Positions 1-10,700 of a stretch of DNA of 64,000 nt are shown in pieces. A model generated the notes under the pieces. It was not told where the DNA came from and made no database searches. It saw only the letters and a list, made by a program, of their open reading frames with translations. The DNA comes from Lama guanicoe (taxonomy: Eukaryota). Made by a program: the position numbers and the translations under genes. Within the stretch, counting starts at the first letter, position 1; each line of letters opens with the position of its first letter. The stretch spans positions 4,987,514 through 5,051,513 of the forward strand of contig MU054117.1 of the NCBI GenBank assembly GCA_013239625.1. The letters run 5' to 3'.

Positions 1-136
1 GTTCCCCTCTGAGGAACCGCCTGGCCGCTGGGCTAGAGGTCTCTATGGGGATAATGACTATTACAGCTGATAGGGCAGCTCCGTCCGGGCCTGCCGGGCC
101 CTCGAACTTATCCACCAACTTATTCAAATCACTTAC

Positions 137-200
137 CGGGCCCCAATTCCACCTTTGGGTGCAAAGCAGCTCGTTCCTCAGCTCCCGAGGCGGTTTCAAA
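137..200 (-). other. CDCA3: CDCA3 first (non-coding) exon; the rest of the gene lies left of the window
   Basis: The minus strand reads ...GGTGGAATTGGGGCCCG|GTAAGT, a consensus donor at 136-131. It resembles the human CDCA3 5'UTR as I recall it and lies head-to-head with USP5, as in the human locus. The TSS is approximate. Confidence 0.75.
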
Positions 201-299
201 CTTCCCGCCACGCCCCTGCCTTGGCCCCATTGGCTGAGCCGACGCAGGCTGCTATAGGCCCGCTGTGTGAGACCCGCCTCCAGTGGAGGAAGTCATTGG
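195..299 (-). promoter_or_regulatory. CDE/CHR cell-cycle element plus CCAAT boxes of the CDCA3 promoter
   Basis: The minus strand at 209-195 reads GGCGG-GAAG-TTTGAA (CDE, 4-nt spacer, CHR). CCAAT boxes are at 229-233 and 295-299. This is the architecture of DREAM/MMB-regulated G2/M genes. Confidence 0.8.
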
Positions 300-739
300 G
301 CTGAGAGGACGTCCATCATGGGGGCGTGGAGCCAGTGGGCAGCGGCTTGGCTAGCCCAAGGGAGACGCCTCCTTCATCACGGGACTTTTGTTCCGTATGG
401 TGCTGCGAGTTGTCCGTAGAGAGATTTTGCGGAATGCCAGTCTTCGCTTTTGAGACTTTCAGTTTCATTATCATATGATTTTATTAAAAAAATAGAATCA
501 TGAATTATTACGCTATTCTGCACAGATCCAGCTGGAGACAGAGTTATGAAGATTCTTCTCAGGCGAGAGAGATAGTAATCTTTATTGGTAGACAGAATTA
601 GCAATCACTCGACACTAACCCTCTCAAACCTCGCCTCATTGGACAGCTGCTTTTCAAATACTAAGAGTACAACTGCCCTTCTATTTTCCAATTGGACGAG
701 CCCCCAGGAAAGTTTCTGGGATTGACTAGTTTGAACAAT

Positions 740-1760
740 CGTCAGTCTCTGCGCTTCCGTGGAAGGCACGCGAAGGGGCTGTAGGGGGTCCCCGAGTCCC
801 AGCAGTCAAAACTGTGAGGCCCACCTCGCTGCTCTACGTGCGCTCTGCCCTGGAGGAGTGGGATTGGTTCTTTCGACCATCCATTGCAATAGAAGCGCTT
901 TTCACTGGCGTTAGTCAAGAGGCGGGCAGAGGGCGGAGCATAGTGGGTAGGCTGCGTCCAACTGCCATTCTCGCGCGTCTTCCCTTCCGCGCAGGCGCCT
1001 AACCAGTAGCGCTCATTGGACGGAGGGGAAGGGGGTGGGGGACTAGGAGCGGTGGGAGTCGCCGTGTGTGGAGGAGCTGCTGCCGGTGTCATGGCGGAGC
1101 TGAGTGAGGAGGCGCTGCTGTCAGTTTTACCGACGATTCGGGTCCCCAAGGCTGGAGACCGGGTCCACAAAGACGAGTGCGCCTTCTCCTTCGACACACC
1201 GGTAAGCCCATTCCCCACGCCCGCAGCAAGCACGACTTCCTTCCATCGCCCTGGTCATTCTGCCGGGGCCTGCAAGGCTTGGGCCACCGCCTCCCTGCGG
1301 TGCACCATGGGACTTGTAGTCTCCCACGCTACTCTTGCCGTTGCTTTAAATTCGCGGGAGCTGTCGTGTGACTACGGCCCCCAGAAGCCACCGCGCCCGC
1401 CTCACCCGCTCCCGGCCTCGTGGAGCACTGTGGGGATTGTAGTCACTCACTCCCCTCACCGCCGTTCTGAACTAGAGGAGCACGCCGGTCGCCGGACTAC
1501 ATCTCCCACGTGGACCTCTGCGAAAGCCGGGAGTTGGCTTTGCCTGTCGCGCATGGCTCTCCGGGTTTTGTAGTCTCGTGTGGGAGTGATGGGGCGACCC
1601 CCCGCTGTTCTGGGCCCGGTTGGGGTAGGAGCGGCGGGTACTGCAGTTCCCAGGCGCCTGGTAGCCTGGAAGTGGCCACGAAGAAGGATGGTTCTGAGAA
1701 AGGCCGAGTTAGAGAGCCTCCACCCGTTGTTAATATGGACAGGGGGCGGGGAGGTGGGTC
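740..1760. promoter_or_regulatory. CpG island / USP5 promoter and first-intron regulatory region (divergent from CDCA3)
   Basis: CpG-rich, with several ATTGG (CCAAT) boxes, an NRF1-like GCGCAGGCGC at ~989-998, and a cluster of ACTACAnnTCCC motifs at 1308-1655. Confidence 0.8.
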
Positions 1761-4700
1761 ACTGGTGGTAGAGAGAAGAGGTAGAAAGCTCTAGTCGTTT
1801 CTCCTTTGAGGTGAATTATGGCCGCAGCCCCCTCTCTTTCTCCTGTCCATCACACAGCCAGAGGGAACCCTTTTGAAAGTGTTCCCTCAGAGATGGTTTC
1901 CTTCGTGGAGGACTCTTAGGGCCTTTTCCCATCCCGCTCCCACTCTTGACTAATTAGACAAAGCCGCCACCCACACCATGCCTCACGTTTTGCAGGCTCC
2001 ACCCGGTACCTCCCTTCCTGCAGTTCTGCCTTCCTGTGTCACCCTCGGGCAGAGACCAGCCTAAGGCCAGGCCAGGGCCTGAACTGAGAGGGCAGCTGCC
2101 TGGTTGGGATCCGCCCCCCTCACCACCCCTCCCTCAAGCTGCTGCTGGGCCCTGCCCTGGGTGTTCAGCCAGACCAGCTCGTGGCAGGGAAAACTGCAAG
2201 TCAGAATGGAAAGGCTTCATCAGTGCATCGCCAGTGCTGAGTGTAGCAGCATGATCTAAGGCCCAGTTCAGGATCATCACTGTGATTTGTGGTTTGCTCT
2301 GTTTGCTAGTCTTGGATCTGGGCCTCAAACAATGTGCTGCTTCTCCAAAGCCTGGCTTTGGCAGAGCTAAAAGAGGACTGCTCAGAGCAGAGCTCCAGGG
2401 TTCCCAGTCCTTGGTGGAATCAGCATCTTTTATTTTTTTATTTCCAACAGACGAGTTTAATCACTGCAGAGCTCCCCATGCCTCCCAGTTTATCAAGTGT
2501 ATGACTTGGTGAAGCCTTGTCTTTCTCAGGAGGGAAAGGGTTTTTTTCCTTAATTATCAACTTTATCAAAAGAAGTCTCCCTTCTTTTAATTACCTACAG
2601 TGGCTCCCTCTTTCCTGTCTCTCCTTAATGGCTTGAATAATCCAAATGGGGTTTTTGTCGTTTTATTATACTTGCCTTCTCTCGCCCAAGTCAAGAGACC
2701 TCCATTGGTTGACTTTGCTAACCAACTTCTGGCGTATTTGAGTATCTTCAAATTGGGTTCATGGTAGAAAGAGCGTTTCTTTGACCTCTTTGATAAGAAA
2801 TGCTCTATTTGTTCATGAACGTTGTCATCCACAGTCTTCTAGGGAGTGGTACAGAGCAATCTATGGGACCGAGAACTGCCTTATGGTGTCCTGTTTTTCA
2901 TTTCATGGCAGAGAATTTTTCAAGGCCACTGAGATTTTCATTCCAGGAAGAAGATGCCTGTTGTTGCTTGGACCTGAGGGAAAACTCTGTTTTTGTCTCC
3001 AATTTCCTCCTCTCCCTTCTCCATCACTTTCGTCACAAAGGCACTGGGAGACTTGCTCAGTTTAAGAGAAGCCCAACTCCCTTCTTCAGCTGTGATTTAC
3101 GGTGGACACTTGTCTTTCCCTGTTTTCTTCCTGGGTTGTATGTGTTCTAGCTGTCTCAGCAGGTGTTGCTAGATTGTTCTAGAAAGGGGCTGGCTTTGAG
3201 TTTGGAGGTTGATGGAGCTTCAGTGGGGATTTGGTTATTGGTCAAGGTGGGAGGCATTAGGGTGGCGGCTGGAGGATATCCCTGCCAGACTGGGTCCCAG
3301 TTCAGCTGGGAGCCCCAGGCAAGGTATTGGTCCCCTGGAGCCAGGCTTCAGCAGGAGAGGAAGGAAGAGACCAGTGTGGACCAGGGTTCAGCTGCCTGGC
3401 AGAGTGAGGTAAAGGAAAAGTCTGGGTTTGCTGGCAAGCTCAGGGGTTAGATGTCCTGCTCAGGTGCCGGCATCTCTGCCCCGCCAGTCTGGAAGGTTTT
3501 CTGAATCTTGGAGATCAGGTAGGGTGTGTCACGGTGTCCCTGGTTTAGGCTCAGTGTCTGACATGTAGCTCTTTTCAAGTCCATGGTAGCTGATCCTCAT
3601 TTACTTTCTGGATCTCTAGGCCCCAGGAGAGAGGTAAACGTAGTTCTCTACAGTTGACTGGAGGGCTCCAAAGAAGGAGCCAGGAGGAAGAGGAATGGTG
3701 ACGGATAGGTGTTACTCAGGCCCGGTGTCCTTGTTGTTTGTTATCAAAGTCATGGGAGGCTGGGCAGAATCTTAGCTGGGTACCAGGTCCTAAAAGGCTA
3801 AATGACTTGCCAGAAACCACACACTGTTCAAGAACAGACCTTTCTTCTGGAAACCAGCCGTTTCTGAGCCCAGGTCTTGCTTTCCCCTGGCCAGGCTTCA
3901 TCCTCCCTGTGTTTTTTCCCCTGCCTCTTGTCCTGCAGGAGTCTGAGGGTGGCCTCTACATCTGCATGAACACGTTCCTGGGCTTCGGGAAACAGTATGT
4001 GGAGAGACATTTCAACAAGACAGGCCAGCGAGTCTACCTGCACCTGCGGCGGACCCGGCGCCTGGTAGGCGAGGCCTGGGGACATTTCAGGCCCATCTCG
4101 CTGGGCTCCCACTTTGTTCTGAGCTCCCATAGGTCTCAGTTATCCCCCCACCTCTTTCTCTTGGTGTCATTAAAACTCAGCACGTGTGTTTTTTAGCTCC
4201 TTTCTCTTCCGAGCTGACCACACTGCGTCCCATCCACCCTCCCAGTTCATCCCTTCCCTGGTGCTCATGACTGACCTTGCCCTTCCCGCCTCATTGCAGA
4301 AAGAGGAAGACGCGACTGCCGGCACTGGAGACCCTCCCCGCAAGAAGCCCACCCGGCTGGCTATCGGTGAGCATTGCTGCTGTCCTGTGCTCCTCCCTGA
4401 GCTCTCAGAGCTGCTAGGAAAGCCCCCTGCAAGATGGTCCCTGGAGCCCTGGAGGGGCCAAGGTGAAGTGCTGTGTCAGAGGACTGGCACCAACCTGTGG
4501 TGGTCGGCCTACTCCCCCTCTTCTTTCTTGTCTCACCAGGTGTTGAAGGCGGGTTTAACCTCAATGAGGAGAAGTTTGAATATGATGAGGATGTGAAAAT
4601 CGTCATTTTGCCAGATTATCTGGAAATAGCCCGGGATGGGTTGGGGGGACTGCCCGACATCGTCAGAGATCGGGTATGAATACCAGCCCACCCTGCCAAA

Positions 4701-7700
4701 GAGTCTAGGGCCGGGGGGCGGGGGCCAGAGCAGTCACGTCTTGGGCAAGCCCTGAGCAAGCTAAAGGCCACGGGGCTAGAGGAGCGTGCGGGGCTGTGGG
4801 CTGGGTCCTGTCTCTGACCCTCTGCTTCCCCCAGGTGACCAGTGCAGTAGAGGCCCTACTGTCAGCCGATTCGGCCTCTCGCAAGCAGGAGGTGCAGGCC
4901 TGGGACGGGGAAGTACGGCAGGTGTCTAAGCATGCCTTCAACCTCAAGCAGCTGGACAACCCTGCTCGAATCCCTCCCTGGTGAGGCCTGGCCCCTCTGC
5001 CTCGGGGCACAACCCCAGAGCAAGGCAAAGAGGCCACCCTCCTGGGGGATCTGGTGGGAGAGAGAGTCGGAAGCAGGATGAATGGGGAGACTCGGGGGAG
5101 CTGAATGAAGCAAGGGGATGTCCAGAGGAGATGAGAAGAGAGAGGTCTTGGACCAGCTGGGGGCCCCCAGAGCCCTCTCTCCGCCACTCCCCTAAACCCT
5201 GACCCCTATTCCAGCTAACTTTCTTCTCCCGGGGTTAGCGGCTGGAAGTGCTCCAAGTGTGACATGAGGGAGAACCTGTGGCTCAACCTGACGGACGGCT
5301 CCATCCTCTGTGGCCGGCGCTACTTCGACGGCAGTGGGGGCAACAACCATGCCGTGGAGCACTACAGGGAGATGGGCTACCCGTTGGCTGTCAAGCTGGG
5401 CACCATCACTCCCGATGGAGCTGGTACTCCCCCCTCCGCCAGCCGCCTCCACGCGGAAATCCCTGGGTCTTAACTGTTAACTCATCTCATATGACACGAG
5501 TAGCCCATGAGTTCATCTCTTGATAAACTGTGAAAGTGTTGCAGATGAGCCTGTCTGCAGTTAACTTCCCAAACCCAGGCCCCTTCCCAGGGGTCCCCGA
5601 CATTATCTGTCAGTGTGTATCCTTCCAAACCCATTGCACTGTAGAACCTCATCCCACAGGGTGGGGTCACACTTAATCCCAACCCTCACCCTGTTTCACC
5701 CCATCTTCCCTGGCAGGCAGTCCCAGAGGGCTTGTGTCCTCACTGACATTCAACGGAGCAAAGAGGGTGACCCTGGGCTCGTCCTTCTGTTCCACACAGG
5801 CCCCGCAGGGCAAGGGGTGGGGTTGGTGGCCAGGCCGGACCTGAGCCACCCCGTCTGACACTGCTCCTGCCTCCTACACTAGACGTGTACTCATATGACG
5901 AGGATGACATGGTCCTGGACCCCAACCTGGCCGAGCATCTGTCCCACTTTGGTATCGACATGCTGAAGATGCAGAAGGTGAGACCCCTTCTGCTCCAGTT
6001 CTCTCATCCCTGCGCATCAGGCCCTCCTTCATTGCCCGAGGCTGAGGCAGCGTGCTGGGGAGGAGTGCCAGTGATCCCAGGTCCCAGATATGTGAGCTTC
6101 CTGTGAGAAACTTTCTAGAATCATTTATTTGTTCATTGAATGCTACTGAGTACCTACTGTGTGCTAGTCGCCATGAATAAGACAGGATGTGGTCCGGTGT
6201 GGTTCTTGCTCTCATAGGCTTATGTTCTAGATGAGAGGCAGGTGTTAATCACATGCTCACGCAGATACGTGAATAACTGTGAACTGTGGGGGGCGCTGCA
6301 ACAGTTTACAGCAGGGGATCAAGGGATTGTCCCTGAGGAAATGATGCTTGGGTGGAGATCTGAGGGTGAGAGGGGTGACTTCAGGATCGAGAAGCACTTC
6401 AGCTGGAGGGAGTCAAGCATTCGTTTCATTCCCTCATTCAGGCAGAGGCCTGATGCTTGACAGGCCTTGGGGCAATTGCCTGTGGCCTTCTGGAACTCCC
6501 ACTGGGTGATATCCAGTGTGCCTCCCCTGCTAGAGTCCTGGAGTCCATAATTCAGCGAACTCTGGGCTCCAGCTGGCTGTCGTCCTCGACCCTGTGAGAG
6601 ATCAACGTAAAAGATCAGGGCTGCGTTTTGCAGCCAGTCTGAAGTGCCCCTTCCTGTGCAGACGGACAAGACAATGACGGAGTTGGAGATCGATATGAAC
6701 CAGAGGATCGGCGAGTGGGAGCTGATCCAGGAGTCAGGGGTGCCGCTGAAGCCCCTGTTCGGGCCTGGCTACACGGGCATCCGGAACCTGGGCAACAGCT
6801 GCTACCTCAACTCGGTGGTCCAGGTGCTCTTCAGCATCCCTGACTTCCAGAGGAAGTGAGTGCTGCCCTCTCCCCGTCCCTGAGGGCCCCGGCTCCTCCC
6901 AGCGGCCAGCCTCCAGGCCCCCTCCTTTGGCTGCCCTCAGGACCTCTGTTTTAGCCCAGCTGTAGTTCCTGGTTCACAGGGAGGGGAACAGGTTATAGAA
7001 CCGTCCCACTGCCACCCGGTCACACAGAAACCCCCCAAGGGGGCTGACTGCCAGATCCCAGGGCCCTCTGAGGCCTCCTGACTGAGTTAAGGGTGAGCAG
7101 GTGGTCTTCATTTTAGGCCAGTGACATCAGATGAACACCTAACGTGGACATGGAGCCTTGGGGGAGAGGGGAGGGCTTGGGACACAAAAATAGAAGATAG
7201 GCAAGTTCTCAGTATAAATGAGTTTGCTGTCTAATCTGGAAGGCGTGATGCACGTGTAAAAACTTGGAATGTTTTGGAACAATTTCTGTTCGAAGAATCT
7301 GAACTGTATTTATCCTCCTGGGCTGTCTTCGCCTTCCCTTGACTCTCTTGGGGAGGAGCCTGGAGTATACTGCATGCTGACTGAGTTGGGAAGTGGAGGA
7401 AGAGGAGGGAGGGGCTTGCCAGAAAGAAACGGACTGCAGGGTTCAGCCCTGTGCCTCCCCACTTTGGAGGGGGCCTGTTCACTGAGCTAGTAGATAATTG
7501 CTCCCTTCCCTTTCCTCTGAGCCTGGGCCAAACCCCTCCTCCTACCCTTCCCTTGGCTCTTAGGTACGTGGATAAGCTGGAGAAGATCTTCCAGAACGCC
7601 CCGACCGACCCTACCCAGGACTTCAGCACGCAGGTGTATGTAGCCAGCCCTGTGCACAGAGGCTGCTGAGAGCCCTGCAGCCTGTGGGCAACAGTTTAGC

Positions 7701-10700
7701 CCCTGGCCAGCTAGATGATTGCCTTCTGAGCATGCTCTCTGCCCTGCGTTGGTCTCCTGGGGAATCTAAGGCTCTTCACATTTCAGAGAGTTGTGTCAGG
7801 AGGGCTTGGAGCAGGGGTTGAGTTAGGGAGGAAAAGGCGTAGATTGGTGTCGGACAATCATTAGTTGACAGAAGCTGAATGGATTTCTTGGATGTTAACA
7901 CAGGGCCAAGCTGGGCCACGGCCTCCTCTCGGGAGAGTATTCCAAGCCAGCACCAGAGTCAGGTGATGGAGAGCAGGTGCCAGAACAGAAGGTGAGTCTG
8001 GGCCCCTGTCCCTTTCAGGCTCTGGAATCGTGGGGCCACTGAGGTCTGGGAGATATCTCGAGGAAGGCCACTTGGTGACCTCTTGGGCCCCAGCTGAATC
8101 ACTGCCCTGGCTCTGCCTAGGAAGTTCAGGATGGCATTGCCCCTCGGATGTTCAAGACCCTCATTGGCAAGGGTCACCCCGAGTTCTCCACCAACCGGCA
8201 GCAGGATGCCCAAGAGTTTTTCCTTCACCTTATCAACATGGTGGAGGTGAGGCCTGGGAAGAGGGGCCAGGGGGGCGCTCTTCACCCTCCTCCCGTGGGC
8301 CTGCAGTTGGAGTCACTCCCTTCTCCCTGCTCCCCATTCTTCCCTCTGTCCCACCCCACTCGCCGTGACCCAACAGCCTTCACACCCTGAGCCTTTCCTG
8401 CTAGTAGGGGTTCCCCTGAGAGCAGCAAAGCCGTGAGCCTCACGCTTGATGGGCTTGCGGCCTAGGGAAGGGAACTCCCGAAGACAGTGCTGGGAGGATG
8501 CTTAGTGCTTGTGAAGAAAGTCCAGGCACGTTCCCACGGGGCGGCAGTGGGCCCTAACTTGATGGGGGCGGGTGATTAGGGAAGGCTTCCACTCTGCTCC
8601 TGTATCCCTTTGCCTCTTTGTGGTCGTCTCCCTTCCACTCCCCTCTCCCTGACCCCGCAGTGACTCTTTTAGGCCCCCATTCTAGGGCCTGGCTGCCCAG
8701 AGCTCCCAACCCCATGTCTTTCCCATAGAGGAATTGCCGGAGCTCTGAAAATCCTAATGAAGTGTTCCGCTTCCTGGTGGAGGAAAAGATCAAGTGCCTG
8801 GCCACGGAGAAGGTGAAGTACACGCAGCGCGTGGACTACATCATGCAGCTGCCTGTGCCCATGGACGCGGCCCTGAACAAAGGTAGGGTGCTCTGCGGTG
8901 CCAGTGGGGCCTGGGCGCGCGGGGCTGCTGTCTGAGGCCCGCGAGCAGGGCCTGGGTGCCTCACAGGAACAGAGCCCAGTCCGCCCTGCTCAGCAGAGCT
9001 GTTGGGAGAGAGGCAGGATCACAGCCGGGCGTGGGTCAGGTGGGTCTGGGGAGGCAGAGGAGCTGAGGGGGTCGTGACCCAGAGCCAGTAGGTCAAGGTT
9101 AAGGAGGGAAAGAGTCAGCCTCCTCTGGAGGCTCCACCTGCTGGTTCTGTCACCAGAGGAGCTCCTGGAGTATGAGGAGAAGAAGCGGCAGGCTGAGGAG
9201 GAGAAGCTGCCACTGCCAGAGCTGGTTCGGGCCCAGGTGCCCTTCAGCTCCTGCCTGGAGGCCTACGGGGCCCCCGAGCAGGTGGACGACTTCTGGAGCA
9301 CGGCCCTGCAGGCCAAGTCAGTAGCCGTGAAGTAAGTCCTGTGGGTCCGGGCCTGCGTAAGGGTAACCCTGAAGATGCTATCGGCCTCTTTTGCATTCTC
9401 GTGTCCCTTTGTGGTCAGAATCTCAGGCTTGTATCAGTTGAGGCTGGTACTCTGGCCCTGAGGGAACCAAGAAGCCCTAGCAGGAGTGGATGCAGGTGAT
9501 TGCTACGTGTCACCTTGTCCTACCCAGTCCCTCCTCCCCAGGGGGTCAGGGTCACTTTCCGGTACAGCCTCTCTCCGTTTACTCTCCCAGTCCCAGCAGA
9601 GCACAGGCCCTTAGTAACAGTCGTGGACAGAGCTGAGATTTCCGGCAAAGGGCCTCACTTTTTGCTAACCCATCGTTGGCATGAGCTTAAATGTGAAGGA
9701 GTGATTTGGTCTCAGGGATTTCACCGTCTGCCCCATTGCTCCTCCTGACGGTAGGACAGCGCCCCCTGCTGTTGCTGCTGCTCCTTGTCTGCAGAGGCTC
9801 TGATGCCTGCCCAGGGCGGGAAAAGAATATGGGACATCTTCTGGGCTCTTAGGTCTTACACCCACGAGAGGCTGAACCCAGGTGGGCCTTTCAGGAGATG
9901 TTCTCTGGGTGCCAGGACATTCTCTCTTCCCTAGGACCACGCGATTTGCCTCATTCCCTGACTACCTGGTCATCCAGATCAAGAAGTTCACCTTCGGCCT
10001 AGACTGGGTGCCCAAGAAACTGGGTATGGGGGCTGGGATGAGTGAGGGAGGTAAAGCAGAAAGTGCTAGAAAAAGAAGGAGGCCTTAATACTTAAACGAG
10101 TGCTTCTCCAACTTTCCTCTGAGAGGGGAAATGTTACCTTAGATGTGTCAAAATGTGTCTAGTTTCAGGAGTGGGGGGCATAGCTCAGTGGTAGAGCACC
10201 ATGCTTGGCCATCCCCAGTACTTCTGTTAAGGCAGAAAAAAAATGTCTAGTTTGAAAAGCACTGACTAAAAAAACTAAGGCTTCTTTGATTTTTATAGTT
10301 ATTATTTACAACCAAAAGTGATTTTCATAGTTTTATTTCTATAATTGGTAAGGTGTTTTCATTTTGATTATCTTGAAACAATTTATTATCACGAGTCTCA
10401 TGCGCCCCTAACAACTTGGCAAATTGCAGGATTAAGTTCATGTCCTAGACAAGTTGACCCCATGGAAGTATACAGTGGTTCTGTCGCACAGTCGCAGGCC
10501 GCTTCCTGGCTCGTGGCTCGGTGGTGGTAGATCTAGAACTGAAATCCAGGTCTCCTGACCCCCCAGGCCGGTGATTATTTTTACTACATGAGACCCCTGC
10601 GATGGGTCCTGCTTGGAGCAGCTCCTTATTACAGCGCAAGACAGGGGCAGGGGCTTGAGATTCCCAGAGTGCTTTTCTCAGGAGGGCCTCCCAGAGTTGC

